A stretch of 64,000 nt of DNA, taken from the NCBI GenBank assembly GCA_030704615.1, contig CM060731.1:42904001-42968000 (forward strand), read 5' to 3'. The translations under genes were made by a program, and so were the position numbers. Of the stretch, positions 32,405-43,899 are shown one piece after another. Each line of letters begins with the position of its first letter. The first letter of the stretch is position 1. The notes under the pieces were generated by a model, which ran no database searches, was not told where the DNA came from, and saw only the letters and a list, made by a program, of their open reading frames with translations. Origin of the DNA: Takakia lepidozioides. Taxonomy: Eukaryota; Plantae; Bryophyta.

Positions 32405-35070
32405 TTTTGAGATGTTATAGATCTGTAGCATATCAGCTGGATCTGCAAGCTACTTGGAAAATCCATGACGTCGTTCATGTCAGCCTCCTAAGGAAATATG
32501 TGGCAGACCCTAGTTACATTCTACCTAAACTACCCAAGGTTGTAGCAGAAGGTTGGTTGTTGGCTCCACCTGAACGTGTTCTGGAAACAAGAACAAAACA
32601 TCTTCAAAATCTTCATGTCGTGAACATCTTGTCAAATGGTATCACTATCCAAAATCTGAAGCTACTTGGGAAAAGGAGAGTGACCTACAGTTGGATTTTC
32701 CCCATTTCACTATCATTGCGGACAATGATCAGTATTTTAGTGGGGGAGATTATTATGGCATTCTATATAATCGGAATCAGTTCTGGGTGGAAAAGCCAAG
32801 GGATTGTGATTGAATGACAGGTGGGGGAAACCTGCAATAGTGCCATGTGATGGCCTTGAAAGACAACTGCCAGCTTCAGATGGCCGGTCACCAATTAAGG
32901 AGGTCACCGGTTCATGAACGAGGAAGAAGGCCATTCTGGCAGAAAAAGAGAAGAACAATAACGGACGAGTTCGGGAGATGGCCTAGAGGATAGGAAAGTG
33001 TGATGAGATTATGTACAAGGAATAGTGCACAGTGTGACGGCTGGGTGGACCGGAAGTGGTATCCAGTATTGTGCATTTAGAACGAGTTGATTAGAAATAG
33101 CTATTGGCTTTTGTAGTTTTCAGACACAAGGACTGTGGTTCCTCCCATGTACAAATGATAGTTGTAATACCTGTGAAAATGGTTTCACTAAGGGCAAGGT
33201 TGTAATGATGCAGACTGAATTGGGTTCTTGTCACGATTTGAAAGAAGAAAGAATTGTTATAAGTGGTATCAGAGCCATCTGAGTGATAGGGTAGAAGCGA
33301 GATCAGTTGCGATTTATGAGCCGATTGTCGTTTGGGTCTGAGAACAATGTGCAGTTGAGCTCGTAAGGAAGTTCTGAAGTGATGAAGTGTTATGACGCTG
33401 GTAATTCTCAACGTAAAGAGAGTCAGGTGATTTAGCCCATCTCAAAGGTACAAATGGAGGCTTTGGGCGTTTTGATTCGTTCCGAAGTCCAGAAGCCGAC
33501 ACCTGTCAAATAACGATCTACTATAAAGAGAACCAAAGGGACATCACCTGATAAATCGCGAAGCTACGCCGAATCCCAATCTGACACAAGCTCCTTGGAA
33601 TTTAAGGCAAAGAAGAACAAGGATGTTACTCATGAAATCAAGCAGATGGTGAAGCTACCGGAGTTTGTGGGTAGGACTTCTGTGAAGCCAGAAGAAATTC
33701 TGTCGTTTCTAGAAACACTCGAGGAATTCTTTGAGGAGGATTATCTTGAAGAGGCTCAAATTAGAACGGCAACCCTACAGATCCGAGATGCGGTAAAATT
33801 ATGGTGGTCTTGTCAGAAGAAATAACGTCGTGAACATGACAAACCCCCAATCGATACTTGGGAAAAATTTCGATCGTCGTTCTTGGCTTACTACCTCCTT
33901 GGGAATTACGCTCACAAGGAATGTTGAACTCTTCACACTGAAACAGGAAAATTCAAGTGTGGTTGAGTTCAAGACAAAATTTGAAATGCATGCCAGTTAT
34001 TTCCCAACTCTCAGTGAGGATGACAAGGTAGATTTTTTCATAGATGGCCTGAATGACTCTCTGAAATTCAAGGTCAAGGCCCACAATCCCCGCACTGAGA
34101 AAGAAGAAAGATGGTGGATTGAGTGTGGACTATAGGTGGATGAATAAAATGACAACCAAGAAAAAGTATCCACTTCCCCCATTTTAGATGATCTACTCCA
34201 TCATTTGTATGGGAGTAAATTAGTCTTTTCCAAACTTGATCTGCGACCAGGTTACCACCAGATACAAATTAAAGATTCAGATACACCTAAAACTGGATTT
34301 CGTTCACGCTTTGGCCACTATGAGTACGCAGTAATGCCCTATGGGCTTACCAATGCTCCGGCTACGTTCATGCATTTGATGAACTCTTTGTTTCAAAAAT
34401 ACCTTGGCAAGATGGTTCTTGTCTTTATGGATGATATCTTGGTATTTTCCAAGCATAAACAACATTTGCGAATGGTCTTAGATATCTTAAGATAGAATCA
34501 TCTATTTGCAAAGAAGAGTAAATGTGAGTTCTTTGTGGATCACAGGGACTATTTGGGATTTCATACAAAAATTGACCCAAAGAAGATTAAGGCTGTGGCT
34601 GAATGGCCCAAATCCAAGGATAAAACAGAAGTTAGAAGCTTTGTTGGGTTTGCTAGCTTCTTGCAAAAGTGTGTTAAATCATTCAGCGCCGCTGACTGAT
34701 CTACAGAATAACTCTAGGAGATGGATTGGAATGAAGCCTAAACGCCATATTGTGATATTAGCTTTGAAAAGCTATAGTCTGCATTGACACATGTTCCAAT
34801 GCTGAAATTGATTGATCCTACCAAGGACGAGATTGTGTTTTGCACTGACGCGAGCCATCTCGCTGTTGGAGCAATATTAGTGCAGGTTATTGCCTACGAT
34901 TTTACTCAATCCAGCTCAACAAAATTATCTTGTTCATGAAAAAGAACTTCGGGCTATTATTCACGAAGTGATGATATGGAGGCTTTACATGGTTCATGTG
35001 GACTTTACAATAGAGACCGATCGTGAGAGTTTAAAGTATCTCAGCACACAATCCAACTTGAAGAATATCA
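32405..35070 (+). mobile_element. Degenerate chromovirus Ty3/gypsy remnant in permuted order: integrase C-terminus/chromodomain, PPT, LTR, PBS, gag, RT, RNase H
   Basis: AYQLDLQATWKIHDVVHVSLLRKY; chromodomain HLVKWYHYPKSEATWEKE; PPT agtgggggag ~32739-32748; LTR ~32751-33261; PBS tggtatcagagc at 33264; gag LKQENSSVVEFKTKF; [36 protein letters not shown]; RNase H TDAS..AVGA, HEKELRAII. Confidence 0.88.
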
Positions 35071-36766
35071 CATGAATCATGTCTCTTCAATCTAAGAGAC
35101 ATGATTTCTATTTTAGATTTTCAAAACATGACATATTACCGCTATATCCGTGGATGGTGCTCACACCACTTTTCTTTTTTCATGCTCCCGCCTATTGTGT
35201 TCGCATGCCACAACCAAGTTATTTCAGAGTGGTAATGGGCACATACCACCTCGGTATTTTTCACCAACTAGTATCAGCAGAAGCCCACAGATAAAACTAG
35301 TTTAATATCCCCATAGGCGTTCTTGGTTCCCTAACGTGAAGAATTCCGCCCAGATGGTTCGGAGCTCAAATCCTACATAAGTTAAGTTTGTGTTGTAACT
35401 TGTGTTGTCTCGTGAGATTTTTCTTCAACAAAGGTACTAGGTACTCAAAAAAAGAAAAGCGCGCACAACGAAATAGATAAAAATATCATTGAATAATATC
35501 CGGCAGCGCACAATTCCCGGTACTCAAGTTGCCCGACAGCTCGCGCGTGCCGCAAGTGGGCCAGTTGTCGGTGGCAAAACCGAGGTTTCGCCATTAATGA
35601 TGACGGATAAGACATCCCGGACGGTACAGCGGCGGACGGATGTATGAACATTCCCTGGATGGATAAATTATGCGCTGGCCTGGATTCCCACTGACCAGGT
35701 ATGGCTACAATTGACCCCACCACAGTCAGGTTTTAGGGTTACGGTTCAACCCACAAAAAACAAATCTGATAAATATCCGATAAAATCAATTACTGGAACG
35801 AAATACACCACCCCAACAGAAAAAAAGGCACGGATGGATGAAAACGGCTAAAGCGATGGCGAAACCACGGCAGCATTTACGACCCGCCGTGCGAATGGCG
35901 ACGGTACTTTGCGCGGGACACCGGGCTTGTTTTGCAGGCAGTACGGCGCTTCCGGGAGTGGGCGATCCAGATTCTGCCATGTGAAGGATCGCACGGCGTT
36001 AGAGTCGGAAACGTGGCCGATCAAGATCGAAAACGGTTACGGAAAAGCACTCCGTAGCCTGCCACACGTCACATGGCAACCTTCCCCCGCTGCCCGTACT
36101 GGGGCAGGGTTCGAACCCACGTGGCCCCATGCTGCGCCGTATTATAGTGTTATTTTGAACAGGATGCGATCAACGTAGCGCGCTGGTCGATGCCATATTG
36201 TGGTCTCGATAAAATCGCAGCAGAGATCCATTCTGTACAAACTGCATTCATTGTCGGCCGGCCTGTTCGATTTATCGCGGAAAAAAAAAGTTACGGGACG
36301 GTACCACTTTTGTGTCACTGCGAGGGAGACATTACATTCGGATGTCGGAAGGGAGTAATTCGGGTAAGTAGGCGTCTGCAGGATTCGCAACAAAATTGAT
36401 TGCGGTCGCAGTTGCGGTCAGGCGACGCAAATAATGTCGCAAGACCAAATCATAAGTCGCTGCGATGTGGGAACTCCAACTGATTTTCTGCCTCGCTGTC
36501 AGCCTGCGCCTGCAGCTGACTTGGCAGCTCCTTAAAGCCTACCTGTCCCCTAACTTTCCATGTCAGCCGCTAACTTACGTCAGAGGTTAGGGGAAGCTCT
36601 TGCTAACTGCTAACCTAACCTACCTGCTCTCTGTTCAGTAACTGCTAAGCTAACCAAACCTACTGTGGAATTGGCCGACCGATGACATCCCGGCCGGTAA
36701 GCCACCGGGCTTACCGGCCGAGAGAAGTGGCGAGTGGTTTTCCAAGGCGGGCAGTGTACTGGCTGG

Positions 36767-36963
36767 GCGTAACAGTCAGCAGGTAGTGGATTCTTATATG
36801 GAATAAATGGATTCCATTGCGTAACAGTCGGCAGGTAGTGGATTCTGATAGGGAATAAATGGATTCCATTGCGTAACAGTCAGCAGATAGTGGATTCTGA
36901 TAGGGAATAAACGGATTCCATTGCGTAACAGTCAGGAGGTAGTGGATTCTGATAGGGAATAAA
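36767..36963. repeat. ~3.8 copies of a 52-bp tandem repeat
   Basis: gcgtaacagtc..caggtagtggattct.ata.ggaataaa.ggattccatt at 36767, 36819, 36871, 36923. Confidence 0.92.
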
Positions 36964-37973
36964 GAGCCCCATATTATGCCGACGAGAAAAGGTGACGATT
37001 GTGATTCTGCCGAGTAATAATAAGATATGTTGGCCTCAAATCATGGGTTGGAGAAGGGAACATTGTAATTATTATTGGGATCTAAAAAATGGGGATGGAT
37101 GAATGTTGTACCATGCCAGAGCTAGCATGCATCCATGTGCTTGTTTTTTTTCCTTTTCTCCGTTTCCTTAAGGGGTTGAGTTTAGGGCCATTAGCATGGA
37201 TGAGCAAGTGGTGATAGAGGATGAACAGGTACGTATCATTCATGGACGGGACTGGAATCCATCCCTGAGCAGCCGGCAACGGTGTCAGGGGGAAAGCGCG
37301 GGGGGGAGGAATGACGGCCGCTAGTTTCCCGGGAGGTGCTAGATTCGGCGGCAGTCGCTTTACAGCTCTTAAACCGCGTGACGAGTATTTTAGGCAGCCG
37401 TGTTGATGCGTGTGCGCACACGGATCGACCTCCATAGCTCCACATCACTCGCGTTCATATATCGCTGCAGCGAGACCAGCTTTCGATCCACCTGCAGATT
37501 GGAACCTTGCAGTTCTATCATCATCTCCTCCATGCTTCATCATTGTACATCATTTTCATCATTGGGGGTCAAACATATGTAGAGTTTTTGCTCGCAGTTT
37601 CGTGTGGGGAGATGCTTATTCTCCCTGGCAAGACTTGCGATAGGTATCGAACTTAGAGAATGCTCAAGCATTGAAGCCGATCCGAGTTTCTTAATTAATA
37701 TACACTTGTGTGGCCACCCTGTTGTCCCTATGGCTACCCAGAGTCTTCAGCAAATTCAATTTTTGTTCCTCTCTTGGAGTGGTAGAATGGGGGTAGCTGG
37801 GTTCATATGAGCTCTCATTAATTAGTATGATCTCAGGGCTGGCCATTGTCAATGACAATCACAGGAGGTCTGGCAAGCACAGCATAACTTGTGGGAACTA
37901 GAATAAAATGAAATTGGTAACACCTAGACCGAGTTGCTGATTTTCATAGTGAAGAAACTCCTTTACCGGAAAG

Positions 37974-40306
37974 TCAAGGGGAAGTGATTTTGGAGTACAG
38001 TATCAGCATGATTTCACCGCCATTATCGAACACCCTTTCGAGGTACCTCCTCAAGTCACGTTCCCCAGCACAGAATTTTACTGGGGAATGATTCTTACTG
38101 TCCAGATCAAACCAATCGCCGAGGAATTTCCGGAAGGCGACCCAATGTCCCGATCCGTTGTCTACAATGAGGCCCAGGAGTCTGGGACCATATACCCTCA
38201 AGTTCAATCCTGCAAGACCATTGCGGGGATCCATCTGGACCACCACCATCCCCTTCCCCTCCATAGCTCTAACTAGCACTTGCTCATCATACCATCCTAA
38301 GAATTTGTTATGGTGACTGCCGAAAATCTTGCGTAAGAAGGGGGTTGACTCATCATGCCGTATTGACTCTGCGATACTATCCAGTTCCTTTCGCGTGAAT
38401 GCGGGATCCTGTATCAACACCAATCAGTAATGAAAAAGTGCAAACAAATCTCATATGATTTTGCCATACTGCGTAGAGAAAGAAACAGACAAACGAGAGA
38501 GGGAGAGAAAGAGAGAGCACGAGTTAACTTCCTTCGTGTGGTTAGATGTGGGTTTTTCCCAGAGTGGGTATGGGCAGAGTTTGAGTTTCAACGACGTAGA
38601 GAAAGACTCCCGATACGTAAGGGTGTACGTCCTCTTCCTAATTTAGCAAACAAATAAACAGAAGAAAGAGATTAAGAAACTTTAAACGTCGACACAGGGC
38701 CCAGCCACCAGATAGGAACGAATGTAACAGTCCAAGAGCGCCGTTGCAAATGAGTGATCCTGGTGTGAAGCCCTACAACAGGAAATGAGGCCAAAGCAGG
38801 GACCAGGGTTGCGAGCAACTTCACGCATTTCTCGCCGGGATGTTATGGCTGACAGGCCGTGAAACAAATTTATGTCTTGATCTCCTTTCTGTAGGTGTGA
38901 TCCGGTTAGATTAAAAGATAAGAGGGTGGAAGAGTGAGCCAAATCACGTCCCACCTAAAAGGAGACATTCAAGTGAGAGGGAGGAAGGTTGCAAATTGTG
39001 TCCAAAAACGGCTTCACCTCGATGATCCGCAGCCCGGATTGCAGCAGTAGCCAGCCAAATGGGAAGCCTGCTTTTCAAAGCCTAGGTTGCGAACAAGGAC
39101 ACTATATTATGTTTGCGAGGTGTCGTAGTGGGCTCTAGACAATAGAATCGTCTTCAACCGGAGTGAAAATTCATGAGTCGGTCGTCATCCACAGCAGGAG
39201 CCTTGCTTCTAGTCGCCCTTTTGTCATTACAACTCCGAGTTTGAACTAGATTTGTACCATCCAGCGACGGATAGAATCATAGACCGTCGACCTCTAACCT
39301 ACCGCCAAGAGAAACGCACTGATCATATTCGAATCATATCATCACTACTTCTATCCACAATCTAGATACCGAGAAGTTATTGCAGGTTACGCCCACTTTT
39401 GGACTTTGAATGCCACCGACTCAAACTGTGATAATCAAGTTCGGTTTGCACTCACTACCATTTTGAAGCAGCTGTAATACAACAACATCTGTCTGTTTCT
39501 AAAGCCCTTCTAAAGAAGTATGTCTCCTCGTAGAGATTGATAACTCAGCCAAAGATTTTAATCTTCCTCCCATCATAAATTCCAGACGGTTTTCAATTTT
39601 CAAAGATAAGTTTGTGGCGAGCCTAGTAATGGCGCATCATGTTATTAAAGCAGGAATTTCCATGTCTTAAATTAGGGAGGCTGTTATTAAAGCAGGAATG
39701 GCATCGAAATTGAGTAGATTCTCTTTTTAGGAGAATTGTGGGCCCATCACCAATGATCCCACAACCTTGGCTTTATTCTGGCAGGCACATTCTTCACATT
39801 CTGGTGGCAGGGAAACGCACCTGCAAGAGATTATTCATAGCATGTAGAAGACCTAACTGCAATCGCTGCTTCTCGTGGTAAAGCGTGGCGCAAACAGGTA
39901 ACGGATCCCTGGGCCCCTCTCCCTCTTCAGGAACTTCCTCTCCAGGTCCTAAGTCTTCAAGCTGATATTCATGATTCACACACTGCGCACAACTCCCGCT
40001 CCCTGGCGTATCCCAACCAATGCCCAACTGATACGAGAACAACAACAACGACACAACTCCAATCGAAATTCCTGCAATACAATGCCGCTTCCTCCCCTGG
40101 AAAATGAAACTTCTTTTCGGAACATCTGTCTCTTTCCCCTTTTCAGAATTTTCTACTCTGGTTTTGCTTCTCCGTTCTCTCTTGATTCTCGGACTCCCGA
40201 CTCTCCTCCGCCTCGGCCGTCCTGGACTTCTCCCTCTCTCTACCGTCCTTGGTCGTCTCGATGGGGATCTACTGCCCGACCTCGAAGCCCGCTTCCCAGC
40301 GGCCAT
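37974..40306 (-). CDS. Josephin (MJD)-domain protein with Arg/Ser-rich N-terminus and predicted TM helix; catalytic Cys replaced by Gly; 2 exons, 306 aa (alternative in-frame ATG at 40360)
   Basis: Exon1 40306-39821 ends LYHEKQRLQLGLLHAMNNLLQ|gt. Exon2 38408-37974 DPAFTRKELDSIA...GWYDEQVL...GHWVAFRKFLGDWFDLDSK. Phase-0 GT-AG intron, no internal stops. Confidence 0.88.
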
Positions 40307-40439
40307 GCCCAACCGCCTCCTTCTCTCCCCCTTCTTCACACACCCCCAACACCTCCACATTCATCCATGCTTCATCCACGGAAGCAATTTTCTTTATTTT
40401 CTTTCAATAAAAGAGAAAAACATTTAGTACAATTAAATT

Positions 40440-40794
40440 AGTTTTTTTTTTTTTTTGCTAACAGGGAGAAATTCTTAACTTACAATTCCCTGTTCTCTGG
40501 TGGACGAAATCGCCAAACTTCTCCAAATAAAATATAAATTATGGATGAATTTTCCATATAAATGGATGAAAATACAGAGTATGGAAAATCATTAACTTAC
40601 CTGTTTTCTGATGGATGAAATCGCCAAACTTCTCCAAAAGAAATATAAATTATGGATGAATTTTCCAAATATGGATGATATAAATGGATGAAAGTACAGA
40701 GTAGGATGATTCTATCCAGTGGAAATATGGCTATTTCTTGCAAAACTCAGTAGCCACTCCTGTTATTTTCCAAATTTCAAAAACAAAAACACTG
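40440..40794. mobile_element. MITE-like repeat related to the hAT-type MITE at 56578-56736, with an internal duplication
   Basis: Shares atggatgaaagta, ggatgattctatcc and ttgcaaaactc.gtagccactc.tg.tatttt; ends aaaaacactg. Confidence 0.65.
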
Positions 40795-41272
40795 TCAAGT
40801 CGGGTAGCGACACATCAGGTCAGTAATATGTAGGGACAAAATATAAAAAGAAAAGCTTAAGGGGCTACAAGCGGGGGCGATTGATGTTCGAACCCGGGAC
40901 GGGCCAGCCCGCAGATCGCTAAGTAAAGAGTTAGCGGCGTTTTAATAAGTGTCTAGTGTTATAATACGTCGTATGATACGGTGGTGATGCAAATACGTCC
41001 CGTCGCGCCGCCACGGGCAGTCACTTTCTGGATTTGACGTCATCCATTTTATTACGACAACCAGGCAACCCGTTCGTCTTCCTCTCTCGCTCTCTCTCTC
41101 TTTCTCTCTTTTCTCTCTCTCTCTCTCGACTTGAGAGATTGAGGCTGCGGGCGTGTATTGTTGGGGTCTTTCGGGGATTGTTGTATGTGTTCCAGATGTG
41201 TGGCTTTGGTGGAAAGTCATCCTGCGGGTGTGTCTCATACTTTGGGCCGTGGTTTGTTGTTTCCCTCTTCCA

Positions 41273-42169
41273 ATGGCACCTAGGAAAAATCGGCAGAGGA
41301 AAGCCGTGCCTGAGCTGAAGTTGCCATCTCCACCTTCGGTTCCCTCGTCCGTAGAGCTTCCGTCTCCTCCAGAAAGTGAAAATCTTGGGCCTGATCCACC
41401 TTCAGATAAAATTTCTATAAGATTCCAGATTCTGTACACAGAAGTCTTTCGGGAGCTTAACTTTTCGGAGCTTCCGGTGGACGCAGTGGCTAGGAACCTG
41501 CCTCACTACGCTGGATTTATTGATAGCTGTCACTTGTTGCTGAATCACTACGGGGTTAGCTCTGGTCAGCATTTCGGGGTGAAGTTCATTCCTCAAGTTG
41601 GGGAGAAGATCGCTGCTTCATCATGGTCCAAGATGGGCGGTGCCACTATCATGTTGTATCCCATTACTGAAGCCCAGGTCCCGCTGTACAAGCAAGCTCA
41701 GCATCTGCAGTACATGGAAATCCCTGGGATGGTAGGTGCTCCTCTCTACAAGCAAGCCCAGCACTTACAATCCATGAGCACTAATGAAAAAGTTGATGCC
41801 TTGCTGAAGGTGGTTGAGCCTAAAGCCACGGCAGAGCCCAGCAGTACCGGAGAATCCAAACTTGTTGATAGTTTGACCCAACAGGTCAAGGAGCTGGGAA
41901 GGCTAGTGGCTGCCATGCAGGACGAGAATAGGGAGAGGATGGAGGAATTGTACAGGGAACTTGAGGAGTTCAGGGGGGTCATCGAGGAGCTGAAGAAGGA
42001 GAGGGTTGCAGGAAAAGAGTCTATCGAAAGAGAGCTATTCTTTGAAAGCCGTGCAGGTTTCGCTTCTGCCGGGCCGGAAGAGCTTGATGGGAACTGGAAA
42101 CCAGCCCGCAGTGTCAGGAAGCAGCGGCCCAGCGTCTCTCGGTGCGAGAACTGTGCTCAGCGCTTGTAA
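41273..42169 (+). CDS. Intronless orphan ORF, 298 aa: Pro-rich N-terminus, small globular region, duplicated PLYKQAQHLQ motif, coiled coil
   Basis: ATG in caATGG context downstream of a (TC)n-rich leader; the duplicated motif differs only at synonymous sites; heptad-like LTQQVKELGRLV..MEELYRELEEFRGVIEELKKE. Confidence 0.6.
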   Translation: MAPRKNRQRKAVPELKLPSPPSVPSSVELPSPPESENLGPDPPSDKISIRFQILYTEVFRELNFSELPVDAVARNLPHYAGFIDSCHLLLNHYGVSSGQHFGVKFIPQVGEKIAASSWSKMGGATIMLYPITEAQVPLYKQAQHLQYMEIPGMVGAPLYKQAQHLQSMSTNEKVDALLKVVEPKATAEPSSTGESKLVDSLTQQVKELGRLVAAMQDENRERMEELYRELEEFRGVIEELKKERVAGKESIERELFFESRAGFASAGPEELDGNWKPARSVRKQRPSVSRCENCAQRL

Positions 42170-43899
42170 TTTTGAAGGTTAATCAAGGGAAGCTTGTGCG
42201 TATTCCTGCAGCATGAGAGTGACCGAGAAATACATCATTATCCTATCGGAGAGAGCGAGCGCGCGCGAGAGGTACTCGGTTCACCGCGGCTGTAGTCTTA
42301 GACGACATTGGAGAGTTATCAGTAGAACACTTGTAACTAGTATCTTGAGGGAACCATAGCCATCGACGGGCTTTGCTAGCAGCCCACAAAATTTGTCATT
42401 CAGTTGGCATTCAACCCCAATCTGATAACTTCAAACATCTTTTGCTACACATTTCCAGGCGCTTTTCGAGCAATCCTCCCTCTGTCTCACTCATACTGCT
42501 CACTGTAATTTGCACTGTGCGTCAAGTTAGGATGATGTTTCATGGCTTCACTCTGGGCACTTGTACAGTTTGAGAAGTTGGGACCTTTAACAAATTCGCA
42601 GTTTCGATTTCTCTTTCTCTTTCACCTGCTGCATATGTAATTCGAATTTCCAGAAGTGCTTGAACGATTTTCATGAACACAGACCTCGTCATTCACCATT
42701 AGCCGAGTCATTTGGTTTTTGGTATGGGGGTAGGTGAAGGCCAATCCTCTGGGCGTGGGTTCTTTCACCACCTTTGTTTTGTGAGTACGGGTCGAGTGCT
42801 CGCACCAAATTGATAAAGAGGTATAGAGGAAATGTGCAATGCCATAAGCAGTTTCGGAATGGTTGTGGGCCCTCTCTTGCACTCCACTTCGCCTGCACGC
42901 TGCGTTGATCAAGCACTTGCTTATCACAACCTTTATGCTCCTCCACACCAGGCCCTGTGGTCATTGCACGCTTAAGGCTCCTGCACTGTATATCTCATTG
43001 TGTAAACTACTGCACTCTCTCTCCTCTCTTTTTGCAAATGCCTTTCCTCCCTGACAAAGTGGACGAGGGGCTAATGATCAGAAGGCTGTGGCTGTCTAAA
43101 ACAACTTCCTCGCTCTCTTTCTTCCTCTGATTCAATGCATCGCCCTTCTACATGGGTCTTCTACTTCCGATTATGAGAAAGTGATCTTCGACAGTCTGCA
43201 CATAGCAAAAGGTTGGTGAAAGTTTAGCCCATATTCTCTGCTTTTGTACATGATGCTTCTACGTGTTGTCTATTTTATTTTAGCCAATATGGAACCTCTC
43301 AGGTCGATTCACCCCACTTAATTTTGTTGTGTTGTGGAACACATTGCAGGCAGGACACAAGTGAATGGTGGCCCCCATGAAATAAAGAGATTTCGAAGAC
43401 ATCCAAGCAACACTGTCATGGCCAGTTGTGTCTTCTATCAGCAAATCAGCAAAAGCTGGCTGCAAAGAGCCTGGCCCTATCAAACATGAACCTTACAATT
43501 GGTACTTGAAATTTACTAAGCGCCCACAGGAAAATAATTTCATATCATCAAGCTGTATGTCATTGACTATGAAGCAATGTACCTAAAATAGAGCATATAC
43601 ACACAAAATGATTGTTGTACACTACTCTGCACAGGGAATTGCGCTCCTGGTGTGCACTGATAACAATTTGTATATAACTCTGAAGAATGCAAGCACCTAA
43701 TGATAATTTCCTATTTGACCAAGCCTTGGTTGTGATGGGGTTTCACCAGATGAGAGTTGGAGAGATTGGAAACTTGATTGAATTGCAGATGCCTAACCTA
43801 ACAAAACTGCACCTTCTCCGGACTCTTAGGCAAATGAGAATTACACCACCACTGGGAGAAAAATGATGCTTGTAGCTTTCAAAGGGACAAGTCATTCAA

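Noticed and set aside
36085-36135. tRNA gene or tRNA-SINE from ggttcgaaccc (similar motif at ~40886)
   Set aside because: No A box or cloverleaf could be formed.
36767-36963. CRISPR-like repeats (also 59171-59385)
   Set aside because: Whole units repeat with no spacers, there are no cas genes, and the context is eukaryotic.
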